The notes beneath the pieces are model-generated. The model had not been told where the DNA came from. It made no database searches and saw only the letters and a list, made by a program, of their open reading frames with translations. Position numbers and translations under genes: made by a program. Below, piece by piece: positions 41,451-51,326 of a stretch of DNA of 64,000 nucleotides. This DNA is from Candidatus Falkowbacteria bacterium. GTDB taxonomy: Bacteria > Patescibacteriota > Patescibacteriia > Patescibacteriales > WJLG01. Every line of letters starts with the position of its first letter. Position 1 is the stretch's first letter. The stretch lies in NCBI GenBank assembly GCA_963747695.1, contig CAVVFV010000003.1, positions 81,296-145,295 of the forward strand. The letters are read 5' to 3'.

Positions 41451-42262
41451 CCCTCGCTTTTTAAAGTCATTACCACCGGATCATGATCGGACAACGGCGG
41501 TTCCAAGACGACCGGGCGGTGATCTTTAACCGTCATCCCCCATTGTTCAAAACCGCGGGCAAAAATATAATCGAGCCGGTGGGAAAAAGGCACGCGATTC
41601 GGCCACATATCGACGAACTGATTATCCTTCCGGTAAGTCGGGATGCTGAAGAGAAATTCTTCGCGCTCCGGAATATTGAACTTATTTTCAGAAAGCATTG
41701 CGGCGAAAGGTTCTTTGCCCAAGATATCGTGCTGATTGAAATCACCGCACAAAATAACCGGCTCGTCGCTCGATTTCAAACGGCTCATTATTTTCCGCAA
41801 TTGCTTAAAGCGAAATTTCTTGCCCCAAAAAATCCAGGAATGCAGATGCGTATCGACCACGCGTAATTTTCCCCGGGGGGTTTCCAAAATAGCCTCCAGG
41901 AAACCTTTGTGACCCATCATTTCGGTCAGCGAATAGTTTAAACGCCAAAAAGGAAAAAAATTCTCTTCCTTAACGGGAAAGCGGGAAAAGATCATCAAGC
42001 CGCCGCAAAAATTGGATAAACCCTTCAACCAACGTTTTTGCGAGCGATATTCGCCGAACGCGCAAAAATAATCCGGGCTCAGCTGTTCCCTCAAAAAACG
42101 CTGATTATCCGCGTCCCAAGTTTCCTGCAAACAAATGATATCGGCGTTTTGCGCTTTCAGATATTCAGCGACTTTAGCAATCCTGGCTTTCCGTTCTTTA
42201 TTAAACCAAAGTGGCAGATCCCAAACATTGAAAGTAATTATCTTCAAATCTTGCATATTCAT
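41447..42262 (-). CDS. Endonuclease/exonuclease/phosphatase (EEP) family protein
   Basis: ITFNVWDLP, ADIICLQETW, GDFN and LSDHDPV. Confidence 0.8.
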   Translation of the reverse strand: MNMQDLKIITFNVWDLPLWFNKERKARIAKVAEYLKAQNADIICLQETWDADNQRFLREQLSPDYFCAFGEYRSQKRWLKGLSNFCGGLMIFSRFPVKEENFFPFWRLNYSLTEMMGHKGFLEAILETPRGKLRVVDTHLHSWIFWGKKFRFKQLRKIMSRLKSSDEPVILCGDFNQHDILGKEPFAAMLSENKFNIPEREEFLFSIPTYRKDNQFVDMWPNRVPFSHRLDYIFARGFEQWGMTVKDHRPVVLEPPLSDHDPVVMTLKSEG

Positions 42263-42413
42263 AGTAGTAATTCTATATCTTTGGGTGAAAAAAAGCCACC
42301 ATCACCGTAGATCATGGAACATAGAACATGGAGCATGGAGCAAAAATTAATGATTTATGATCCATGATCCGATAATCTATGCTCTGATCGCAAAATTATG
42401 TTATAATAATGCC

Positions 42414-43382
42414 ATGCCAATTATTGAAACGAGGGATCTAACCAAAAAATACGGCGAACTCACGGCCGTTAACAAACTTAATCTTTCCATCGAGGAAGGA
42501 GAAATTTTCGGTTTGCTCGGCCCGAACGGCGCCGGCAAATCAACCACCCTGATGATGCTGGCGACTCTGATCCCTCCCACGTCCGGCACCGCCAAGGTCA
42601 ACGGTTTTGATATCGTCAAACAAAAAGACAAAGTTCGCGGTTCGATCGGGATGGTTTTCCAGGATCCTTCCAGCGACGACACGCTGACCGGTTATGAAAA
42701 TTTGAAACTCCACGGGATGTTGTATAATATTCCGCCGGTTCAACGCGAAGAAAGGATTAAGGAAGTTCTCGAACTCGTGGAATTGACCGCCCGCAAAGAC
42801 GAACTGGTCAAAAATTATTCCGGCGGCATGCGCAGGCGCTTGGAATTGGGGCGAGGCTTGATGCATTATCCGAAAGTCTTATTTCTTGACGAGCCGACGC
42901 TTGGTCTTGATCCGCAAACCCGCGACCATCTCTGGAGCTATATTATGGAGCTGGCTCGGAAGATGAATATCAGCGTCATCATCACTACTCATTATATGGA
43001 AGAAGCGGATATGCTTTGCGACCGGGTCGCCATCATTGATGCCGGCAAGATCGTGGCGCTGGATGCACCGGCCAAGCTTAAAGAAGTAATCGGCGGCGAC
43101 GTCGTCACCATCAAGATCAAGGAACCGAATCTGGAGGCAGTAAAGCGATTGCCTTATGTTTCTAAATCAAGCCTGAAAAACGATATTGTGTCTCTGACGG
43201 TGGCCAACGCTAACGAGCATCTGGCGGAAATTTTGCAGCTGATCGGCAAAGTCGATTCAGTCGAAGTTCACATCCCAACCTTAAGCGACGTCTTTTTGTA
43301 TTATACCGGCCGGGAAATCCGTGAAGACACGCCCGAAGGCGGCTGGGCCAATCGAGTCATTAACTTTCGGTCAAAACATTAA
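42414..43382 (+). CDS. ABC transporter ATP-binding protein (ABC-2/DrrA type)
   Basis: Walker A GPNGAGKST, signature YSGGMRRRL, Walker B LFLDEPTLGLD. Confidence 0.9.
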   Translation: MPIIETRDLTKKYGELTAVNKLNLSIEEGEIFGLLGPNGAGKSTTLMMLATLIPPTSGTAKVNGFDIVKQKDKVRGSIGMVFQDPSSDDTLTGYENLKLHGMLYNIPPVQREERIKEVLELVELTARKDELVKNYSGGMRRRLELGRGLMHYPKVLFLDEPTLGLDPQTRDHLWSYIMELARKMNISVIITTHYMEEADMLCDRVAIIDAGKIVALDAPAKLKEVIGGDVVTIKIKEPNLEAVKRLPYVSKSSLKNDIVSLTVANANEHLAEILQLIGKVDSVEVHIPTLSDVFLYYTGREIREDTPEGGWANRVINFRSKH

Positions 43383-43385
43383 AAA

Positions 43386-43474
43386 AATATCCAATATCAA
43401 ATAATCAATATTTTTAAAAAATATTTAAATATTAAAATATTTTTTGGATATTTGTTATTTGATATCGGATATTT
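43386..43474. repeat. AT-rich palindromic spacer with the ATATCCAATATCAAATAA theme, copy 1
   Basis: AATATCCAATATCAAATAATCAATA ... TTGGATATTTGTTATTTGATATCGGATATT. The same words recur at 45640-45734. Confidence 0.75.
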
Positions 43475-43487
43475 GTGAATATTTAAT

Positions 43488-44261
43488 ATGAATAGTGAAT
43501 TACGCGGCATCCTGGCCATCTGGTATCGGGAACTGAAAGTATTTCAACGGGAAAAATCCCGTTTGGTCGGCGCGATCGTCACGCCGGTGCTTTGGCTTTT
43601 AATTTTCGGCGGCGGCTTGGGTTCGGCCGTTTCGATCACCGGCTTGAATTATCAGGCTTTTATTTTCCCGGGAATTCTCGCCCAATCAGTTTTGTTTTCC
43701 TCGATCTTCTTCGGCATCTATATCGTCTGGGATAAAAAAATTGATTTTCTTAAAGAAGTTTTGGTTTCGCCGGTTTCGCGCACTTCGATCTTTCTCGGTA
43801 AAGTCGTGGGCGGCGCCACTGATTCGATGATCCAGTGCGCGATCTTACTGATCATCGGCTGGATTTTTGGTTATTTCAATGTCATTCCCGGGTTGCATCT
43901 CACTATTTTTTCTTTTATTTTTTCGCTGTTTACCGTTGCGTTCATGACCACGGCCTTGGTCAGCGTCGGCTTGATCATCGGTTCGCAGATGGAAAGTTTC
44001 GAAGGGTTCCAATTGGTTTCCAGCTTCCTGCTTTTCCCGCTTTTCTTTTTGTCCGGCGCCCTGTTTCCGATCAATCGCTTGCCGGCTTGGATCGCGCCGT
44101 TCACTTTCATTAATCCGATCACTTACGGCGTCGATGCGCTACGTAATATTATTTTAGGTGTTGCGCAATATCACCTGCTGACCGATTTCGGCGTGCTGGT
44201 CGGTTTCGCCGTCCTCACTATCATCGTCGGCACTTTCGCTTTTGAAAAAATGAAATTGTAA
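43488..44261 (+). CDS. ABC-2 type transporter permease
   Basis: 257 aa with six predicted TM segments, immediately after the ATPase. Confidence 0.85.
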   Translation: MNSELRGILAIWYRELKVFQREKSRLVGAIVTPVLWLLIFGGGLGSAVSITGLNYQAFIFPGILAQSVLFSSIFFGIYIVWDKKIDFLKEVLVSPVSRTSIFLGKVVGGATDSMIQCAILLIIGWIFGYFNVIPGLHLTIFSFIFSLFTVAFMTTALVSVGLIIGSQMESFEGFQLVSSFLLFPLFFLSGALFPINRLPAWIAPFTFINPITYGVDALRNIILGVAQYHLLTDFGVLVGFAVLTIIVGTFAFEKMKL

Positions 44262-44274
44262 TCCCGATTTTACG

Positions 44275-44313
44275 TAAAAAAATAGCGATGTCCAATGCGA
44301 CATCGCTTTTTTG
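44275..44313. terminator. Terminator hairpin
   Basis: AGCGATGTC-CAATGC-GACATCGCT, followed by T6. Confidence 0.75.
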
Positions 44314-44338
44314 AATTCAATGACCGGTGAAACACCGA

Positions 44339-44758
44339 TCAATCGCAATCCATCATTCTCTGGACTTGCCGCCGCGACCGGTCAATCCTTTCCATCCCTT
44401 GGTTCACTCCTTGCGCAAGGGATGCTTTTCTCTGCTCGAGGAATTCGGGATCGGCAATCGTTTTCTGAAGTTTCCTTTTTGCCAGCCAGCCGATCTCCTG
44501 CTGCAGAGCTTCAATCACTGCTTTAATCTTTTCGTCCTCGCCGTTTACCCCATAGGTGCGGCAGGCAATCTTCATCTCTATTTCCAGCCGCATCAGAAAG
44601 CTGAACATCGTGTGCTCGGCTTCGCTTTCCATCTCGCTCGCAAAACTCATTTTGAAAGACGTTTTTGCGCCGCTTCCTTCAAGCGCTCCGCCTTGGCGGT
44701 CGATGATTTTCAATACTTTGGCGGTTAGTTTTTTCCACAAGCCATCGCTGATATTCAC
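44339..44758 (-). CDS. Hypothetical protein (139 aa, GTG start), divergent from lexA
   Basis: An SD sequence, AAAAGGGGG, sits 6 nt before the GTG. The protein is helical and charged, with no recognised motif. Confidence 0.5.
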   Translation of the reverse strand: MNISDGLWKKLTAKVLKIIDRQGGALEGSGAKTSFKMSFASEMESEAEHTMFSFLMRLEIEMKIACRTYGVNGEDEKIKAVIEALQQEIGWLAKRKLQKTIADPEFLEQRKASLAQGVNQGMERIDRSRRQVQRMMDCD

Positions 44759-44893
44759 GATAAACCCCCTTTTAAAGAGCGATCTTATTTTAATTTTTAT
44801 ATTCTCAACTGACGATATCCTGCTTTTTTACCATATTTTTATCTTGTCGTCAATGATAATCTTACCGTCCGACTTATCAACAGCTTGGCCATC

Positions 44894-44923
44894 TTGACTA
44901 TTGAACGTTCGTTCAACTATACT
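44894..44923 (+). promoter_or_regulatory. lexA promoter (TTGACT-18 nt-TATACT) with an embedded LexA (Cheo-type) box
   Basis: GAACGTTCGTTC at 44903-44914 fits GAAC-N4-GTTC and lies between the -35 and -10 elements. Confidence 0.7.
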
Positions 44924-44924
44924 T

Positions 44925-45012
44925 GAGGGGGAAACCCTTGGTCGGGTTTCCCCCTCAATACTCCCCCTTCCAAGGTGGCTCGTGGCGCGGAATGAATCCG
45001 CCGCCACTCACC
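44925..45012 (+). repeat. Two GC-rich hairpins in the lexA 5' UTR; possible partial member of the module family
   Basis: A 13-bp perfect stem pairs GAGGGGGAAACCC with GGGTTTCCCCCTC. The following CAATACTCCCCC resembles CCAATACCATCCC at 37921-37933. A second hairpin has a GGAATGAATCC centre. Confidence 0.35.
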
Positions 45013-45068
45013 ATTTTTCGCAACCCACGGCGCATTAAAAAATTAATATAAATTTATACCAATCATCC

Positions 45069-45635
45069 ATGAATAAAAATTATCTGCGCAAAATTTCTAA
45101 ATTCTTCCACGACCGCCGGCGCATGCCGAGTTATCAGGAAATAATGGCTGCTTGCGGTTTCAAATCCAAGAACGCCGCTTATTATCTGGTTAATAAACTG
45201 ATCGGACAAGGCTTGCTCAAAAAAGATCGCACTGGAAAATTAATTCCTCTGGCGGCTTTTTTTGCCATACCGATTTTGGGCACGGTCGAAGCCGGTTTCC
45301 CTTCTCCGGCCGAAGAAGAGACGACTGACCTCTTAAGCCTGGATGAATATCTGATTGAAAACAAAGAAGCGACTTTCATCTTGAAAGTTTCCGGCGAATC
45401 GATGATTGATGCCGGCATTATGCCCGGCGATATGGTTCTGGTGGAGCGCGGCCGCGATCCCCGCGACGGCGACATTGTCATCGCCGAAGTGGACAATGCC
45501 TGGACGATGAAATATTTCCGCAAAAAAGGGAATAAGATAATTCTGGAACCGGCCAACAAAAAATTCCCGCCGATCGTCCCCAAAAGCGACCTTCGCGTCG
45601 CGGCGGTCGTCCGGTCGGTGATACGGAAATATTAA
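45069..45635 (+). CDS. lexA: LexA repressor (S24 peptidase)
   Basis: N-terminal winged-helix region, followed by VSGESMIDAGIMPGDMVLVER and a later Lys in TMKYF. Confidence 0.9.
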   Translation: MNKNYLRKISKFFHDRRRMPSYQEIMAACGFKSKNAAYYLVNKLIGQGLLKKDRTGKLIPLAAFFAIPILGTVEAGFPSPAEEETTDLLSLDEYLIENKEATFILKVSGESMIDAGIMPGDMVLVERGRDPRDGDIVIAEVDNAWTMKYFRKKGNKIILEPANKKFPPIVPKSDLRVAAVVRSVIRKY

Positions 45636-45639
45636 AACA

Positions 45640-45734
45640 AATATCCAATATCAAATAACCAATACTCAAAACAATATTAAAATATTTTAATATTAAATTA
45701 TTTTTTGGTTATTTGATATTTTTTATTGGTTATT
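45640..45734. repeat. AT-rich palindromic spacer with the ATATCCAATATCAAATAA theme, copy 2
   Basis: AAATATCCAATATCAAATAACCAATA ... TTGGTTATTTGATATTTTTTATTGGTTAT. Confidence 0.75.
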
Positions 45735-45741
45735 TTCTGCT

Positions 45742-47058
45742 ATGCCTTTTGGAACTCATCCTTTATCATCTTTCCCTCGCGCCATTCTGCATATCGATGG
45801 CGATGCTTTTTTCGCTTCCTGCGAACAATCCAGAGATCCGAAGTTGCGCGGCAAGCCGGTCATAACCGGCGCTGAACGCGGTATTGCCGCCTCGATGAGT
45901 TATGAGGCCAAAGCCTGCGGCGTCACCCGAGCGATGCGATTATCGGAAATCAAGCGGATCTGCCCGGGCGCGATAATCTTGCCTTCCGATTATGAAACTT
46001 ATAGCATCTTATCGCAGCGGCTTTATGATATTGTCCGCCGCTACACGCCCGAAGTAGAAGAATATTCAATCGATGAGTGTTTCGCCGACTTAACCGGGAT
46101 GCGCCGCACTTTGCGGATGTCTTATCCCTCTATCGCCGAAAAGATCAAAGATGATCTGGCCCGCGAACTGGGTTTTACTTTTTCCATGGGATTGGCGCCC
46201 AATAAAGTGGTGGCAAAAATCGGTTCCAAATGGAACAAACCCAACGGCCTGACTGTCATTCCGGCCCGAGACATCCCGAATTTTACCGGTAAGCTGCCGG
46301 TGAAAAAAGTTTGGGGTATTGGTCCCTCAACCACGGCTTTTTTAAATAAATTCGGCATCCGCACCGCGCTGGATTTTTCCATGAAAGATGAATCTTGGGT
46401 AAACCAATATTTAAGCAAACCATTCCAGGAAATCTGGCGCGAACTTAACGGCGAAGCGGTTTACGCACTCAATCTGGAGACTAAAGAAAGCTATGCTTCA
46501 ATCCAGAAAGTAAAAACCTTCACTCCCCCATCGCGCGATCGCGATTTTGTCTTTTCCCAGCTGGGAAAAAATATTGAAAACGCCTGCATCAAAGCCCGAC
46601 GCTATAAATTGGCCGCGGAAAAAATCTATTTTTTCCTCCGCACCCAGGATTTCCACGACCGCGGGATGGAAATTAAATTTTCCCGCCCCACTTTTTTCCC
46701 TCACGAGATAATCAAAGCGGTGGACGAAAATTTCAATCAGATTTTCCGGAAAAATACTTTATACCGTTCCACCGGCATCACGTTGATCAATCTGGTCGAC
46801 AGCGAAATCAAACAGCCGGATCTTTTCGGCGTCACCGCCAAGATTGAAAAGGTCACCCGGGTTTATGAGGCAATCGATGACATTAGAGCTAAATACGGCA
46901 AACACACTACGTATCTGGGCGCCAGTTTCTTCGCGCAAAATTTTTCCCAGCATCAAGGCGAGCGTGGCAAAGCTGCCGAGCGCAAGCATAATCTTTTCAA
47001 AGGCGAAACCGCCCGCCGCCGTCTGGAAATCCCGATGTTTCTGGGCAACGTTAATTGA
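45742..47058 (+). CDS. dinB: Y-family DNA polymerase IV
   Basis: ILHIDGDAFFASCEQ and SIDECFADLTG. 438 aa, immediately after lexA. Confidence 0.9.
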   Translation: MPFGTHPLSSFPRAILHIDGDAFFASCEQSRDPKLRGKPVITGAERGIAASMSYEAKACGVTRAMRLSEIKRICPGAIILPSDYETYSILSQRLYDIVRRYTPEVEEYSIDECFADLTGMRRTLRMSYPSIAEKIKDDLARELGFTFSMGLAPNKVVAKIGSKWNKPNGLTVIPARDIPNFTGKLPVKKVWGIGPSTTAFLNKFGIRTALDFSMKDESWVNQYLSKPFQEIWRELNGEAVYALNLETKESYASIQKVKTFTPPSRDRDFVFSQLGKNIENACIKARRYKLAAEKIYFFLRTQDFHDRGMEIKFSRPTFFPHEIIKAVDENFNQIFRKNTLYRSTGITLINLVDSEIKQPDLFGVTAKIEKVTRVYEAIDDIRAKYGKHTTYLGASFFAQNFSQHQGERGKAAERKHNLFKGETARRRLEIPMFLGNVN

Positions 47059-47091
47059 TAAAAATAAGCGATTAAACTATCATATAGCTAT

Positions 47092-47589
47092 ATGCGCCAA
47101 CCGATCAGAAAAGCCGATAAATATTTGCTAGGGAAACCAGATCCAAAGATGACTCAAGCCAAATTCAACGAATTAACGGCTGATTTGGAGCGGATGAAAA
47201 AAATCCGGCCGCCGTTAGCCGCTGAAGTGAAGCGGCTGGCCGCCATGGGTGATTTTTCCGAAAATGCCGCCTACCAGATCGCCAAAGGCCGTTTAAGAGG
47301 ATTGAATCAAGCGATGCTTGATGTCGAAGACCAGCTGGCGCACGCGGAAATAATTTCACCCAATCAGAATAAAAATATTGTCACCTTGGGCGGTTCAGTT
47401 ACAGTTGAAAATAACGGCCGGAAAAAAACTTTCCAGATTCTCGGCTCGACGGAAACTAATCCGGCAGGAGGAATCATTTCCGCTTCTTCTCCGCTCGGCG
47501 CGGCACTGCTCGGTAAAAAAATCGGCGAAACGGTAAGCGTCAAGCTGGCCAATAAAATAGTCGAGTATAAAATAATAAAAATTGAATAA
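47092..47589 (+). CDS. greA: Transcription elongation factor GreA
   Basis: N-terminal coiled-coil with GDFSENAAY, followed by a C-terminal FKBP-like domain. Confidence 0.9.
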   Translation: MRQPIRKADKYLLGKPDPKMTQAKFNELTADLERMKKIRPPLAAEVKRLAAMGDFSENAAYQIAKGRLRGLNQAMLDVEDQLAHAEIISPNQNKNIVTLGGSVTVENNGRKKTFQILGSTETNPAGGIISASSPLGAALLGKKIGETVSVKLANKIVEYKIIKIE

Positions 47590-47610
47590 ACCCATTCCTT
47601 CTTTTAACTA

Positions 47611-47650
47611 AAAACCCCGTTCGCCAATCAAGGGAACGGGGGTCGTTTAT
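47611..47650. terminator. Bidirectional terminator between greA and the convergent gene
   Basis: CCCCGTTC (47615-47622) pairs with GAACGGGG (47634-47641). Confidence 0.7.
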
Positions 47651-47651
47651 T

Positions 47652-48656
47652 TCAGGCGGCTTGGGACAATGTTTCGCAAAATCGGCTGGGAAAACGGTAA
47701 ACATTGTTATAATCGGCTGAACTTGGATACATCTTTCGGAGGTCGGTGTTCTTTATCTGGGAGAGCAGTTCGTCGTATTCCTTGTTGCTCTTAACCTGGT
47801 TACAGGATACCAAGCGGGAATAGATCGAGTGCGAATAAAACCATCTGTTCCCGACTTTCGCGTAGATCTCTCTCCTTTCTTCCATCATTTTTTCCCGGAG
47901 TGCCGGGGTGGCAAGGTCCTTGATATCCAGAAAATCGGAGCAAACGCCTTTGACCTTTCCGCCGAAGGGAGCTTCGTCGGCTTCCCAAATCGAAACGCGC
48001 GAATAGGGTCTTTTCTTGGGGACGACTTCGGCCGGCGGTTTAGCCGGCTGGACATTGCCACTTGCCTTCCTTAAGGCGGTCAGTTCCAGCTCTTGCGCTG
48101 ACAATTTCTCCCGCAACGACTCGATCTCGTTCTCAAAATTGAGAGCAGCTTCTCTGGTTACAGCCAATTCCGCATAAAGGGCGGCTAATTTTTTCCGCAA
48201 GATGCCGGATTCATTTTCGGAATCGGCGGAATTTTTTTTCTTATTTCCCGCCGGCGAACTTTTTGCCAGCGAGTCAATCCGTTGCTCGAGAAAATCGATC
48301 AGCTTGCCCTGTTTTTCGCGTTCGTCACGGCGCTCTTGCTCGCTTTTGGCAAGAGCATGCCGCATCTTGGTAAGCTCCTTGCGCAGCGGCGCGCCCTCCA
48401 GACGCCGGTACTTGTTAAAATGCTCCGTCGGCGGAGTGAAAAAGGTCGAATTATACCTTTCTTTATTCGCGTTATACACTGTGAGATCCCGGGGCCAGAG
48501 GTGAAGATCCTCGGGAGGGACAAAAGCGAGCAAGCTCAAGTACGCCGGCTCTCCCTGCGAAAGATCAATATTATTCTGCTGGGCCAGGGCATGGGCTAAC
48601 CGCCACAACTTCCGAAACGGGTGCTTCGTGTAAATATGGGCTTCCTGCATAGTCAT
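47652..48656 (-). CDS. Hypothetical protein with a central coiled-coil (334 aa)
   Basis: Clean ORF. The central region is a heptad-like charged segment. No recognised motif. Confidence 0.5.
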   Translation of the reverse strand: MTMQEAHIYTKHPFRKLWRLAHALAQQNNIDLSQGEPAYLSLLAFVPPEDLHLWPRDLTVYNANKERYNSTFFTPPTEHFNKYRRLEGAPLRKELTKMRHALAKSEQERRDEREKQGKLIDFLEQRIDSLAKSSPAGNKKKNSADSENESGILRKKLAALYAELAVTREAALNFENEIESLREKLSAQELELTALRKASGNVQPAKPPAEVVPKKRPYSRVSIWEADEAPFGGKVKGVCSDFLDIKDLATPALREKMMEERREIYAKVGNRWFYSHSIYSRLVSCNQVKSNKEYDELLSQIKNTDLRKMYPSSADYNNVYRFPSRFCETLSQAA

Positions 48657-48804
48657 CCTCCTTGGGATAAAAATTTGTGAAAGAACCAGATCAACAAAAC
48701 ATCTTAATAGTTTTACATAAAATTGTCAAACGATATAAAGGCGGCTTTCAATTTAAAAAACCGGGCAAATAGCCCGGAATTTGCCGGCAATGATCAAGAT
48801 TGAT

Positions 48805-50721
48805 TTATTCTTTTAATTCGACGCCGGATTTTTTAATGGCAAATGAGGGTTTGGTCAATTTGAGATGCAAAGTGAAGAGTCGCAGGGAATTAAACATCGG
48901 AAAAAAATCAGTGATGAAATTGTAAGCCGAAGCGCCGACCGGACTTAGGATGTTAGCAAAAACGAGAGAAAATCCGATCACGTTGGCAATCCCCCAGATC
49001 CAAAAATCTTGCCGCGATACCTGTGTAGTATATTTTCCCAACTCGATCATTTCCGGCAATTCGGAAAGATCATCCTTCATCAAAGCGACATCGGCCGCTT
49101 CGATGGCGGCATCGGAACCGATCGCACCCATCGCTACGCCGATATCGGCTAAAGAAATCGCCGCTGCGTCGTTGACCCCGTCCCCGACCATAATGGTCTT
49201 GAATTTTTTGCTTAAAGATTTCTTGATAAAATCCAATTTATCCTGAGGCAAAAGATTGGCGTGATATTCCTTGATTCCTAATTGTCGGGAAATGCGCGCC
49301 GCCACGCGGTTGTTGTCGCCGGTAAGCATAATGACTTTCTTGATGCCCAACTCATAAAGCCGCTTGACCACTTGATCGGTCCCCGGACGAATGATATCGG
49401 CCAAGGCAATGAATCCGACCGGCCGGCCGTTATACCCAACCGCCACCAGCGTATAGCCCTTGCCTTCTTCGCGGGCAATGATTTTCTTTTGTTCCTCAGA
49501 GAATTGGACGTTTTCTTTTTCCAAAAAGGAAACCTTGCCGCAAACGATCTTCTCGTCTTTACCGCCGACTTCAATCCCCTGGCTGGTCGATTCCTTAAAA
49601 ATATCCGGCTGGGTTATTTTTATGCCGCGGAATTTCAGATATTCTAAAATTGATTTGGCGATCGGATGGCTGGAAATGACTTCCGCTTTGCCGGCGTAAG
49701 ACAATAATTGCTGCTCGGTAAACCCCGGGAAGACCAGCAGATCCTCGGCCTTGAGACGCCCTTCAGTGACTGTACCAGTCTTGTCCAAGAGGACTTGCTT
49801 GACGTTGGTCAATCCTTCCAAGAATTCCCCGCCTTTGATGATTACGCCGCGCCTGGCCGCATATCCGACCGAAGCGAGAAATGCGAGCGGCACGGCCACG
49901 GCAATGTCATCGGCGCAAGCAACCAGCAGCAATGATAAAACCAGATTAAAATTACGCGTGAACAATAAAACCAAAATCGCGCCGCCGATCGTCAGGACGA
50001 TGTACCAGGTGGCAAAAATTTCCGCCGTCGTTCGGATCTTGGATTTATTTTTTTGCGATTCCTCCACCATTTTGACGATCTTCTCCAGCGTCGTATCGCG
50101 ACCGACCTTATCCGCCTTCACCGTTAAAGAACCGGCGACATTAAGCGTCGAGCTGTAAACGGAATCGCCGATCTTTTTGGCCACCGGTACGGATTCGCCG
50201 GTCAACGACGATTGATCGACATCAGCTTCGCCCTGAGTCACGGTGCCGTCGACGGAAATCCGTTCGCCCGCTTCAATAATGACCTGATCGCCGACTCTGA
50301 TTCGCTCGGTTTTAATTTTGATGATCTTGCCATTACGCTTAACCCGCGCTTTTTCCGGACGCAATTTTAGCAAACTTTGCAAAGCGGAGCGCGCTTTATT
50401 TTCCGTATAATCGCCGAAAATTCTGGCCGAAGTCAACATCAGGTTGATGAAGACTACCGAAGTCCATTCGCCGGCGATCATCGCGGCGATCAAAGCGATG
50501 CTGGCTAACAGATCAACCGAAATCTGACGCTTGTTGATCGAACGGATCGCGCTGATCAAAACCGGCACCAGACCGGCAAAAGAAGCAATAATAAAAACAA
50601 CGTATAGGTCGGCAGCCGATACGAAGCGTAAATAATAAACGATCAGCAAAATCAACAAAATGACGGCGAAAATCCGGTCAAAATATGATTCGATTTTTTT
50701 CATCAGCATGAATTTAAACAC
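48805..50721 (-). CDS. P-type ATPase, heavy-metal (P1B)-like architecture without an N-terminal metal-binding domain
   Basis: DKTGTVTEG, MLTGDN and GDGVNDAAA. VACADD occupies the position where P1B pumps carry CPC. Confidence 0.8.
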   Translation of the reverse strand: MFKFMLMKKIESYFDRIFAVILLILLIVYYLRFVSAADLYVVFIIASFAGLVPVLISAIRSINKRQISVDLLASIALIAAMIAGEWTSVVFINLMLTSARIFGDYTENKARSALQSLLKLRPEKARVKRNGKIIKIKTERIRVGDQVIIEAGERISVDGTVTQGEADVDQSSLTGESVPVAKKIGDSVYSSTLNVAGSLTVKADKVGRDTTLEKIVKMVEESQKNKSKIRTTAEIFATWYIVLTIGGAILVLLFTRNFNLVLSLLLVACADDIAVAVPLAFLASVGYAARRGVIIKGGEFLEGLTNVKQVLLDKTGTVTEGRLKAEDLLVFPGFTEQQLLSYAGKAEVISSHPIAKSILEYLKFRGIKITQPDIFKESTSQGIEVGGKDEKIVCGKVSFLEKENVQFSEEQKKIIAREEGKGYTLVAVGYNGRPVGFIALADIIRPGTDQVVKRLYELGIKKVIMLTGDNNRVAARISRQLGIKEYHANLLPQDKLDFIKKSLSKKFKTIMVGDGVNDAAAISLADIGVAMGAIGSDAAIEAADVALMKDDLSELPEMIELGKYTTQVSRQDFWIWGIANVIGFSLVFANILSPVGASAYNFITDFFPMFNSLRLFTLHLKLTKPSFAIKKSGVELKE

Positions 50722-50792
50722 GAAAATGGCATTGGTGATGATGCCCCTCGCTTGACGCCCGGTCCTTAACCATATCTTAAAATCAAAAACGA

Positions 50793-51323
50793 TTACCTGA
50801 TCCCTGAATCGAAATTTATTTCGATCGCAGTGTAGCCCCCGGCTTTAACTATAACTGCTTGGGTAATCCCGCGCGGATATACGTTCGCGCTCTGCGGAAC
50901 CAAAAGATACGTTCCGGCCAACAGATTTACTTTGAATTTACCGTCGGCTCCGGTATTAAAACTAGTTACCTCGCTTGATCCGTCGGCTGTTTTGACAATG
51001 ATCAAAGCCGGAAAAGGCCGCGGAGCGCAATTGGGATCTGGCGGAATTCTTTCCACCGGGCAAGTCGGGCCAATCAAACTCGTCCCCATGATACCGGTTC
51101 CGCTGGCAGGTTCAGGTGGCGTAGGCGTGGTAGTCGCGACTGGTTTTATCGGACAGGCAGAAAATTCACAGTTTGGTCCGACTCGGCCGACGTAACTTCC
51201 GTCCGGGCACAGCTTAGCTTCCAGTGTGCAGGCGGTCGGTTTTACCGGCACGCTCCTAGCGGGCAAATATATTTGACAGCCGGAAAGAAAAATCACCAGC
51301 AATATTAACGACGAATATTTCAT
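50793..51323 (-). CDS. Lipoprotein, hypothetical
   Basis: Lipobox FLSGC. C-terminal beta-sandwich-like segment GKFKVNLLAGTYLLVPQ. Confidence 0.5.
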   Translation of the reverse strand: MKYSSLILLVIFLSGCQIYLPARSVPVKPTACTLEAKLCPDGSYVGRVGPNCEFSACPIKPVATTTPTPPEPASGTGIMGTSLIGPTCPVERIPPDPNCAPRPFPALIIVKTADGSSEVTSFNTGADGKFKVNLLAGTYLLVPQSANVYPRGITQAVIVKAGGYTAIEINFDSGIR

Positions 51324-51326
51324 ATT

